Assembly: GCA_963675495.1 (NCBI GenBank)
Contig: OY776215.1
Coordinates: 2,240,001-2,304,000 of the forward strand
Length of the DNA: 64,000 bases
Source: an uncultured Methanolobus sp.
Lineage (GTDB): Archaea; Halobacteriota; Methanosarcinia; Methanosarcinales; Methanosarcinaceae
Direction of reading: 5' to 3'
The first letter of the stretch is position 1. Every line of letters begins with the position of its first letter. The notes under the pieces were generated by a model. It saw nothing but the letters and a program-made list of their open reading frames with translations. It ran no database searches and was not told the origin of the DNA. Below are positions 48,257 to 56,934 of this stretch, in pieces. The position numbers were made by a program, and so were the translations under genes.

Positions 48257-49626
48257 TGGTTGGAAGACAGGCAATGCCATTACAGGACCCTAAAGACAGG
48301 GCACAAAACTTCAATGAAGTTGCACTGGGTTATAATGATGAACAGGCACTTGCTGAAGCTTCAAGATGTCTTGAGTGCAAGAACCCTAAATGTGTGGACG
48401 GATGTCCTGTAAATATCGATATACCTGGTTTTATTGCCAGTATAAAGGAAGGGGAGCTTGACAGGGCGATAGATACTATTAAACTTACCAATGCACTTCC
48501 TTCAGTATGTGGACGTGTCTGTCCTCAGGAAGCCCAGTGTGAACTACACTGTATACTCGCAAAGAAGAGTAAGCCTGTTGCAATCGGACGGCTCGAACGT
48601 TTCTGTGCAGACTACGAGAGGAAAAGAGGTGTAACTCCTCCTGTGCGTGCTGAGTCTACAGGTAAAAAAGTTGCAGTTATCGGTGCCGGACCTGCAGGTC
48701 TTACGGCAGCAGCAGACCTTGCAAAAGAAGGCCATGAAGTTACAATATTCGAATCACTTCATGATACTGGCGGCGTACTGACCTATGGAATTCCTGAATT
48801 CAGGCTTCCAAAGGCAATAGTAAAGGAAGAAGTTGAATACATAAAACAGCTTGGCGTTGAAGTTAAGGTTGATTATGTCATTGGGAAAATAAAGACCCTG
48901 GATGAACTTGCAAATGCATTCGATGCTGTTTTCCTTGGGACCGGTGCGGGATTGCCAAGATTCATGGGTATTGAAGGCGAGAATCTCAATGGTGTTTACT
49001 CTGCAAACGAGTTCCTGACCAGGGTTAACCTGATGAAAGCATACCAGTTCCCAAATTATGATACACCTATTAAAAGAGGGAAGAAGGTCATTGTAGTTGG
49101 TGGCGGTAATGTTGCAATGGATGCTGCACGCAGTGCACTTCGCCTTGGTGCTGATGAGGTAAGTATAGTATACCGTCGAAGCGAGGCCGAACTCCCTGCA
49201 AGGAAGGAAGAGGTGGAGAACGCAAAGGAAGAAGGTATTGTGTTCAGACTGCTCAGCAACCCTGTTCGTATTCTTGAAGGCGAGAACATGACAGTCAATG
49301 GTGTGGAATGCATCAGGATGGAGCTTGGAGAGCCTGATGAGTCTGGACGCAGAAGCCCTGTTCCTGTGGAAGGTTCTGAACATGTAGTAGATGCTGATAT
49401 TGTTATCATAGCCATAGGTACATCACCCAATCCTATGATATTCTCAGGTTCAACCGGTCTGGAAACCAATTCAAGAGGGACCATTATAGTTGATGATTCC
49501 GGCAAGACCTCTCTTGACAATGTCTATGCAGGCGGGGATGCTGTGACTGGTGCTGCAACGGTTATTAGTGCCATGGGAGCAGGCAAGATCGCTGCACATG
49601 CCATAAATGAGTATCTGACTGACTAA
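48256..49626 (+). CDS. nfnB: NfnB/SudA-type (GltD-like) flavoprotein
   Basis: EASRCLEC..CVDGCP, CGRVCPQE.QCE, GAGPAG, YGIPEFRL, GGGNVAMD, AGGDAVTG; ATG overlaps the nfnA stop (TAATG). Confidence 0.88.
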   Translation: MVGRQAMPLQDPKDRAQNFNEVALGYNDEQALAEASRCLECKNPKCVDGCPVNIDIPGFIASIKEGELDRAIDTIKLTNALPSVCGRVCPQEAQCELHCILAKKSKPVAIGRLERFCADYERKRGVTPPVRAESTGKKVAVIGAGPAGLTAAADLAKEGHEVTIFESLHDTGGVLTYGIPEFRLPKAIVKEEVEYIKQLGVEVKVDYVIGKIKTLDELANAFDAVFLGTGAGLPRFMGIEGENLNGVYSANEFLTRVNLMKAYQFPNYDTPIKRGKKVIVVGGGNVAMDAARSALRLGADEVSIVYRRSEAELPARKEEVENAKEEGIVFRLLSNPVRILEGENMTVNGVECIRMELGEPDESGRRSPVPVEGSEHVVDADIVIIAIGTSPNPMIFSGSTGLETNSRGTIIVDDSGKTSLDNVYAGGDAVTGAATVISAMGAGKIAAHAINEYLTD

Positions 49627-49634
49627 TTTTGATG

Positions 49635-49670
49635 TCCGGCTTTGTCCGGAACCTTTTTTTTATTATTTTT
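49635..49670 (+). terminator. Hairpin + oligo-T terminator after nfnB
   Basis: TCCGG-CTTTGT-CCGGA followed by a long T-run. Confidence 0.6.
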
Positions 49671-49809
49671 CTCCTGAACATCTTTTTAAGCTGGTATACG
49701 CTAAATGGTATCAATGAAAAAAGGCAGTTCATTTTCAAGTAGATCAAAAAGGTCACATCTGAAAAGTGTGAACAATTCTTCTGACAGAAACAAAGTTTCT
49801 GGGGACAAG

Positions 49810-51741
49810 ATGCCAAAGAAGAGTCCTACTCAAAAAAAGCCAGGGCAGAGGTATGCGAGTAACGAGAAAGACTATATTTTCTGGTGCAAGGGCTGCAATG
49901 TTCCGCTTATAGAAAAAGGCTGTAATACTTGTGGAAAAGAAGGTGAAAAGATAAACCTTTCTCAACCTGCGGATGTGCGATTTTGTTCTCCTTATGAACG
50001 AAGTATCCTTCATGAGCTGCTTTTATCTTCATTTGCCTGTGATCCTTTCGGTGAAAGGGTCATTCTCCTGAATAAAATCCCTGGGGACGACAAGACAGAT
50101 GAGGTCATAGTTGACGGATTGTTTTTTGGAATCTTACGTTTTGATATGCAAAAAATGGATTATGCTTTCGAACCATCGGTTTTAGGTGCACACTTACTTC
50201 AGGAGCATACTCACCAAAAAACCATAGTCCTGAAAAAGAATTCCAGGCACCTTAACGGAAAAAAGGTAAATTTTGATCTGGTGGAATCCATTTCTTCCGA
50301 TGTCCGGAAAAACGATATTGTGCTTGTAAGGTCTGGAAAGCTTAGAGGGTTTGGGATAGCATACTGTGAGGCAAAGGATGCATCTTCTATAGAGGGCCCA
50401 GTACTGAGGGTTCGAAAGATCGATTCACAGCAGGTTTTTTTGAATGTAAAGGTTGCCACAATGGATGATGTAGTGGCTTCAAACGTTGTTCATATACGCA
50501 AGATCGGCAAGAATGCCATCAACACAATAAAAGGCATTGCAAACCAGAAGGATTACAAAAATCTACCTGTCAATGTATCATTCAGTGGTGGAAAGGATAG
50601 TCTTGTGATACTTGACCTGACCATTAGCGCACTTAAGAACAGGAAAGTTCAGGCATTTTTCCTCAATACCGGTATTGAGTTCCCTGAAACTGTGGATTTT
50701 GCTCACAAATATTGCAGGGATAACAACATCGAACTGATAGAAAAAAGGGCAGTTTCTGATTTCTGGGACAATGTGGATGCATTTGGTCCTCCTGCAAAGG
50801 ATTTTCGTTGGTGCTGTAAAATATGCAAACTTGCTCCTGCGAATGCAGCTATCGAGGAGTGTCTCGAGGAAGCTCCCACATGCATAACCGTAGATGGGAA
50901 AAGAAGGTATGAGTCATTTTCCAGAGCTAATATTTCCACAAGTGAAAAAAATCCTTTCGTTCCGGGTCAGCTTAATATTTTTCCTATAAAAGACTGGAAA
51001 GCAATAGAGGTCTGGCTGTACATCTATTGGAGAAAGCTCGAATACAACCCGCTTTATGACCTTGGGTTTGAACGGGTAGGGTGTTATTTGTGCCCTGCCG
51101 CCCTTTCGGCAGAATATGATCGTTTAAAGGACCTGCATCCTCAGTTACATGAGCGTTGGGAATCATTCCTTATGCAGTGGGCAGAAAAGAATGGGCTGTC
51201 TGAGCAATTCATTGAGCATGGTTTGTGGAGATGGAAGGAACTTCCCCCCAAGATGATAAAACTCTGCGAGGAAATGGGAATCTCTCCGTCAGCAAGTGTT
51301 AGTAATTCATCGTTCGGTGTAAATATCACTTCAGGAATCTCTCCATGTAAAGCTGGAGGTTATAGTATTGAAGCCTCGATACATGGATTTTCAATGAAAC
51401 GAACCATGAATGTCATGAACATTATTGGAAAGATGGTTTTTTCAGAAGAGCTTGGTCTTCTGATGCTAAAGACTGATTCCTCTACTGTAAAAATATTTTC
51501 ATCCGGCAGCCTTGTAATAAATTCTGAAAATAAGGATGTTGCAGATTCTCTTTTCAAGGAGGTCTCAAGCCAGCTGTTAAAGGCTCATAAGTGTACAGGA
51601 TGTGGTATATGCCTTAAAGCATGCCCTGTAAGTGCTATTACTATCAAAGATGGCTCTGTGCAGATAGATGATAGTTGCATCAGGTGTGGCAAATGCACGG
51701 ATTCATGCGTAGTACTCAAATATGCAAGCAAATTATCCTGA
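49810..51741 (+). CDS. PAPS-reductase-family protein with Zn-ribbon, PUA-like and C-terminal 2[4Fe-4S] domains
   Basis: WCKGCNVP..C..C, SFSGGKDS, NTGIEFPET, RWCCKICK, RRYES..R, ERVGCYLCP, CTGCGIC..ACP / CIRCGKC; start uncertain (frame open from 49705). Confidence 0.85.
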   Translation: MPKKSPTQKKPGQRYASNEKDYIFWCKGCNVPLIEKGCNTCGKEGEKINLSQPADVRFCSPYERSILHELLLSSFACDPFGERVILLNKIPGDDKTDEVIVDGLFFGILRFDMQKMDYAFEPSVLGAHLLQEHTHQKTIVLKKNSRHLNGKKVNFDLVESISSDVRKNDIVLVRSGKLRGFGIAYCEAKDASSIEGPVLRVRKIDSQQVFLNVKVATMDDVVASNVVHIRKIGKNAINTIKGIANQKDYKNLPVNVSFSGGKDSLVILDLTISALKNRKVQAFFLNTGIEFPETVDFAHKYCRDNNIELIEKRAVSDFWDNVDAFGPPAKDFRWCCKICKLAPANAAIEECLEEAPTCITVDGKRRYESFSRANISTSEKNPFVPGQLNIFPIKDWKAIEVWLYIYWRKLEYNPLYDLGFERVGCYLCPAALSAEYDRLKDLHPQLHERWESFLMQWAEKNGLSEQFIEHGLWRWKELPPKMIKLCEEMGISPSASVSNSSFGVNITSGISPCKAGGYSIEASIHGFSMKRTMNVMNIIGKMVFSEELGLLMLKTDSSTVKIFSSGSLVINSENKDVADSLFKEVSSQLLKAHKCTGCGICLKACPVSAITIKDGSVQIDDSCIRCGKCTDSCVVLKYASKLS

Positions 51742-51817
51742 GCTATATGTATTGTTTTTTACGGTGAGTTATTAATAGGTTAGTATATTATATAAATAAA
51801 AAAAGAACGGTTGAAGG

Positions 51818-52909
51818 GTGAAAATGGTTACAACAGGAAAGGATGGTCTTTCACGAATAATAGACAGCAAGTGGAAATTAGTTTCTCTTGTGGCAATTTT
51901 TTTCCTGTCTGTTCTATTCGTGTACATACTTTTTCCTTTGGCCGATGGTATCGTTCTTGGTCTTGTATTCGCTTATATTGCCCGTCCGATTTTCGTAAAA
52001 ATGAAAAGATTCAGGAAGATTGCCGCTCTTGTGGCAACTATGTGCATAGTTGTTCCTGTTGTTTTCATAATAGGTTCCGGAATTGTGGAAATACTTCGTC
52101 AGATAGTATGGATAATTGAGAATCAGGCGTATGTCATCAATACAACATTTGATTTTTTCAGGTCCATAGACATACCAGAAAGGTACAGTGCCGATGTACA
52201 ACAAATGGTATGGAATATATCAACATCTTTTTTTCCACTGCTTAGCAGGATTGGAATTATATCCTATGCCCAAAACCTGATGATGTTCGCTATAAACCTG
52301 CTTATTGCAATATTCCTCTGTTACTTTTTACTTGCAGATGGTAACAGTCTTTATAATTCCGTATTGCGGGTGGTTCCAGCCGAACATAAGTCTGCAGCAG
52401 TTCGATATATATTCCATCTTGATGTTATCCTGCAGGGCGTTTTCATAGGGAACGCATCAGCTGCATTGATTGCCAGTGTCCTTTCCCTGATAGTTTTCTA
52501 TGCATTCGGTTTTAGCCATATACTTGCTCTGTCAGCTCTTATATTTGTAGCATCTGTTATTCCTCTGTTTGCCGGTTACATGGTTTTGCTTGTTTTGTGC
52601 TTATATCGTTATCTGGGTCAGGGACTTGAAAGTGCTATTGTGTTTTTCGTAGTTTCATCCATAATCATCTATGGTCCGCCAGAACTCTTCCTGCGTCCTT
52701 ACCTTGCAAGTATAAAGTCTCAAATACATCCTTTCCTTATTCTTCTGGCATTTGCAGGTGGTGCATTTGTAGGTGGTATTGCAGGTTTCTTCATGGCTCC
52801 TATTGTGCTGGGCGCAATAATTGCAGCATACCGGGTATATACGGGTAATAATGGACCGGTTTGTGTTCAGAAGGGTGCCCCTTTCTGTGAGAAAGAAGTT
52901 AAAAAGTGA
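51818..52909 (+). CDS. AI-2E family transporter
   Basis: Polytopic, AYIARP, YFLLADG, LRPYL...IHP..ILLAFAGG..GGIAGFFMAP. Confidence 0.9.
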   Translation: MKMVTTGKDGLSRIIDSKWKLVSLVAIFFLSVLFVYILFPLADGIVLGLVFAYIARPIFVKMKRFRKIAALVATMCIVVPVVFIIGSGIVEILRQIVWIIENQAYVINTTFDFFRSIDIPERYSADVQQMVWNISTSFFPLLSRIGIISYAQNLMMFAINLLIAIFLCYFLLADGNSLYNSVLRVVPAEHKSAAVRYIFHLDVILQGVFIGNASAALIASVLSLIVFYAFGFSHILALSALIFVASVIPLFAGYMVLLVLCLYRYLGQGLESAIVFFVVSSIIIYGPPELFLRPYLASIKSQIHPFLILLAFAGGAFVGGIAGFFMAPIVLGAIIAAYRVYTGNNGPVCVQKGAPFCEKEVKK

Positions 52910-53026
52910 CAACTTTTTTAAAACGCTTTGCTTTCTGTTCTCTGACCTGTATTTGTTCTTGAAAACTCGAAAAAGGTTATTAACGATTGGTCTAATTAAG
53001 ATAGCAGATATCACAAAGGTGAATTT

Positions 53027-54937
53027 ATGCAATTATTACTGATCCATTCCGATTACATCGAATATGAAGTGAAAAAGAGTACTCCGGTTGCTGAAAAAAT
53101 AGAGGAGTCCTTTAAAAAAGGCAGACTCGAAGAAGCTCTTACTGCATTTATTGCAGTAGAAAAGATTGATGAGTCAAACATTGAAGGCTCCATTTCAAAG
53201 GCCGTAGACGAGATCAAAAGCGTAGCTTCACAGGTCAAAGCTGAAAGTATAATGGTCTATCCGTATGCTCACCTGAGTTCAGACCTCTCTTCTCCCAAGG
53301 CTGGAGTTGCCGTTCTCAAGGGAATAGAAGAAGCACTTTCCGGAGAATTCACTGTTAAGAGGGCGCCATTTGGATGGTACAAGGCTTTCAAAATAAGCTG
53401 TAAAGGGCACCCGCTTTCAGAACTTTCACGTTCAATCGTTCCTGATGAAGCAGCACCAGAGTCAGAGGCATCTTCATGTCTTGCATCTGTGAAGGAAGAA
53501 GTAGTTTCTGAAGCTCTGAAAGCCGAAAGTACTGCCAAGTCTTACTGGCATGTCCTGACGCCGGATGGTACTCTGCACGACGCAACTAACTTTGATTTTA
53601 CAGGCCATGAGAATCTCGAGAAATTTGTGGATTACGAGATATCCAAGAAGAGGGCTGTTGAGAAGGCACCTCCGCACGTTGAGCTCATGCGCAGGCTGGA
53701 GCTGGCAGATTATGAACCCGGGTCAGATTCAGGTAATATGCGCTACTATCCAAAAGGCCGTTTGATGAAATCATTGCTTGAGAACTATGTGCTCGAGGAA
53801 TCCTCAAAGGTTGGGGCAATGGAGGTCGAAACACCTCTAATGTATGATATGAATCATCCAACCCTGAAGAAATATCTTGACAGATTCCCTGCCCGCCAGT
53901 ATTCAATTGAGTCTGACAAAAGGCAGCTTTTCCTCAGGTTCGCCGCATGTTTCGGTCAGTTCCTCATGAATCATGATATGACCATCTCCTACAAGAACCT
54001 GCCATTGAAAATGATCGAGATGACCCGGTACAGCTTCAGGAAGGAGCAGCGCGGGGAACTTGTGGGCCTGAGACGTCTGCGTGCTTTCACAATGCCGGAC
54101 ATGCACAGCCTGTGTACTGATATGGATCAGGCAATCTCCCAGTTCGATGATCAGTATAACATGTGCATCTCTGTTCTCGATAAAGTTGGCATCAAGGTGG
54201 ATGACTTTGAGGTCGCCATCAGGTTCACCAGGGATTTCTACAATGAGAATAAGGATTTCATAACAAATCTTGCAAAGACCGTTGATAAGCCGGTTCTTAT
54301 TGAAATGTGGGATACCCGTTTCTTCTATTTCGTACTTAAGTTCGAGTTCAACTTCGTCGATGCTCTTTCAAAGGCAAGTGCACTCTCAACTGTACAGATA
54401 GATGTCGAGAATGCTGAAAGGTATGATATCAACTATATTGACTCCAATGGAAATGCCAACAAGCCTGTGATCCTTCACTGTTCTCCAAGTGGTGCAATTG
54501 AACGTTGTATCTACGGACTGCTTGAAAAAGAGGCAATGAAAGCTGAAGCAGGCGGGGTTCCAATTTTACCATTGTGGCTTTCTCCAACTCAGGTCAGGGT
54601 TATACCCATAGCAGAAAAGCACATGGATTACGCTCAAAAGGTATCTGAACAACTTAATTGCCGTGTTGATATTGATGACAGGGATGATACAGTAGGTAAG
54701 AAAATACGTGAGGCTGGCCGTGAATGGATCCCTTATGTTGTGGTTGTTGGTGACAGTGAAGTGGAAAATGGTACAATTAATGTTACCATTCGTGCAGAAT
54801 CACAACCCAAGAAACCGGTAAAGGTGGAAATGGCTCCAGAAGAACTTAATTCCAGAATTTCTTCTGAGGTTGAAGGGATGCCATATAAAGGACTCTGTCT
54901 TGCAAAGATGCTTAGTCAGAGGCCAAAATTCATATAA
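53027..54937 (+). CDS. thrS: Threonine--tRNA ligase (archaeal type with editing domain)
   Basis: [65 protein letters not shown]. Confidence 0.98.
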   Translation: MQLLLIHSDYIEYEVKKSTPVAEKIEESFKKGRLEEALTAFIAVEKIDESNIEGSISKAVDEIKSVASQVKAESIMVYPYAHLSSDLSSPKAGVAVLKGIEEALSGEFTVKRAPFGWYKAFKISCKGHPLSELSRSIVPDEAAPESEASSCLASVKEEVVSEALKAESTAKSYWHVLTPDGTLHDATNFDFTGHENLEKFVDYEISKKRAVEKAPPHVELMRRLELADYEPGSDSGNMRYYPKGRLMKSLLENYVLEESSKVGAMEVETPLMYDMNHPTLKKYLDRFPARQYSIESDKRQLFLRFAACFGQFLMNHDMTISYKNLPLKMIEMTRYSFRKEQRGELVGLRRLRAFTMPDMHSLCTDMDQAISQFDDQYNMCISVLDKVGIKVDDFEVAIRFTRDFYNENKDFITNLAKTVDKPVLIEMWDTRFFYFVLKFEFNFVDALSKASALSTVQIDVENAERYDINYIDSNGNANKPVILHCSPSGAIERCIYGLLEKEAMKAEAGGVPILPLWLSPTQVRVIPIAEKHMDYAQKVSEQLNCRVDIDDRDDTVGKKIREAGREWIPYVVVVGDSEVENGTINVTIRAESQPKKPVKVEMAPEELNSRISSEVEGMPYKGLCLAKMLSQRPKFI

Positions 54938-54960
54938 GTCTTTCATACAAATGAATGTGT

Positions 54961-55263
54961 ATGCAGGAAGATACATCCTACGCAGAGGAATTATCCTCTG
55001 CAACTATAATTGTTAACGGCAAGGTACAGGGTGTTTATTTTCGTAAATTCACTATGGAAAGTGCCAGAAAACTTTGTCTTACGGGTTTTGCACAGAATCT
55101 GCCAGATGGCCGGGTCAAGGTTTTTGCTGAGGGCAAAAGACTCTCAATTCTAAAATTGATTGATTATTTGAATATAGGTCCGGCTTTAGCCAGAGTTGAT
55201 GATCTGGACATAACATGGTCTTCATTTTCTTCAGAATACTCGGATTTCAACATTAAAAGGTAA
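54961..55263 (+). CDS. acyP: Acylphosphatase
   Basis: GKVQGVYFR, GFAQNLPDGRV, GPALARV. Confidence 0.92.
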   Translation: MQEDTSYAEELSSATIIVNGKVQGVYFRKFTMESARKLCLTGFAQNLPDGRVKVFAEGKRLSILKLIDYLNIGPALARVDDLDITWSSFSSEYSDFNIKR

Positions 55264-55340
55264 AGTCAACCCACTGTCTTCTTATTTTGAGATGACTTTC
55301 TCCGATTAACTTTAATAGTCCTATTACTGATTCTTTATTA

Positions 55341-56516
55341 ATGGGAAACATAATCATTGTAAGATATGGTGAACTTGCCTTAAAGAGTACAGGTGTTCGT
55401 AACTGGTATGAGAAGACTTTGGTGAACAATATCTCTGTAATGCTGGAACATCGTGGTATCCCGTATTCCCGCATAATGCGTGAGTGGGGGAGAATTTTCA
55501 TTGAAACGGATGATATGCGGGCTGCAAAGGCAGCAGCGGATGTTTTTGGAGTGGTGTCCACTTCTTTTGCACATGTAGCAGATGCTACTATCGAGTCTGC
55601 AGGTGCGTTGTGTGCAAAACTTGCTGATAGTTTTGTTGTTGAAGGCCAGTCATTTGCAATAAGGGCCAGACGTACGGGAAACCATAGTTTTTCTTCACGT
55701 GATATTGGAATGGGATGCGGCGATGCAGTATGGAGTATGCTTGAATCAAAAGGCATTACACCTTCTGTGGATCTATCAAATCCTGACAGAGAAATCTTCG
55801 TGGAAATGCGCCAGAGCAAAGCATATGTTTTCACAGAAGCCGTAAAAGGTGTAGGTGGACTTCCTATGGGAACTCAAGGGAAAATGATTTCCCTAATTTC
55901 AGGAGGTATTGATTCCCCTGTTTCCACCTGGCTTTTAATGAAAAGGGGTGTGGAGATCGTGCATGTCTATTGTAATAATTCTCCATACAATGAAGACCCT
56001 GCTCATAAGCGCACAATGGATTGCATAAAAGCACTTCAGGAATGGTGTCCAAGTCATCCGTTCAAGGTATATGAGGTTCCAAACGGTTCTAATCTCGGGA
56101 TTTTTATAGATAAGTGTTCCAGAAACAAAACATGTCTTCTATGTAAGAGAACTATGTACAGGATAGCTGCTGAAGTAATGAAAAAAGAAGGTGCTTCAGG
56201 TATAGTTACTGGTTCATCCCTTGGTCAGGTGGCTTCCCAGACTGCGGCTAATATGCATGCTGAAATTCATGGACTTTGTCTTCCTATATACCATCCGTTA
56301 ATAGGTCTCGATAAAAATGAGATCATCGATATTGCAAGGAAGATAGGTACTTTTGACATATCCATCCAGCCTGCAGGAAGTTGTGCCGCAGTTCCAATGT
56401 ACCCTGAGGTAAAAGCCGGTTTTGATTCTCTTCTTGTGGAAGAGGAAAAGATTGACATTGATGAACTTGTTAGAAAATCTGTTGAAAAGGCCAGAGTTAC
56501 GAATTTAGATATTTGA
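55341..56516 (+). CDS. thiI: tRNA 4-thiouridine synthetase ThiI
   Basis: VRYGELALKS, THUMP domain, GVGGLPMG, PP-loop LISGGIDSPV, methanogen CLLC + C motif, GSSLGQVASQT. Confidence 0.95.
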   Translation: MGNIIIVRYGELALKSTGVRNWYEKTLVNNISVMLEHRGIPYSRIMREWGRIFIETDDMRAAKAAADVFGVVSTSFAHVADATIESAGALCAKLADSFVVEGQSFAIRARRTGNHSFSSRDIGMGCGDAVWSMLESKGITPSVDLSNPDREIFVEMRQSKAYVFTEAVKGVGGLPMGTQGKMISLISGGIDSPVSTWLLMKRGVEIVHVYCNNSPYNEDPAHKRTMDCIKALQEWCPSHPFKVYEVPNGSNLGIFIDKCSRNKTCLLCKRTMYRIAAEVMKKEGASGIVTGSSLGQVASQTAANMHAEIHGLCLPIYHPLIGLDKNEIIDIARKIGTFDISIQPAGSCAAVPMYPEVKAGFDSLLVEEEKIDIDELVRKSVEKARVTNLDI

Positions 56517-56934
56517 CAAGGTTTGACTTTTATTTGTATGCTATTAATTTGCATAGTTATACATTGAAAAGTTTATTTTTTTATAATATTTCATCTACGT
56601 GCTGTAGTGTATGCTGTTGATTCATCGTACCTATACTCTATATTATTCTGCTTGAACCCTCTGTAAATCATTTATACGCCATTATTAATAATACACATTT
56701 AAGGCGCACAAATCCAAAGTAAATTGGGTTTAAGCATAAATGTCATTATTCGTCTTCCGTCCATTTCCTCAACAATTCCTGTGCGTTTAAACATTTTTTG
56801 AAACATTTTTGTTATTGCATTAAAGAGTTACATTTCAATAATATTATTTCAGTCGAGAGCAACTTTTATATAAATATTGAGCATATAATATTCGTGAGAT
56901 TATAATAATACTTTTTGATCAATAGTTGGTTTAT

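Noticed and set aside
47408-49626. Glutamate synthase or dihydroorotate dehydrogenase operon
   Set aside because: No GltB or PyrD partner; the coupled pair matches the NfnAB/SudBA architecture
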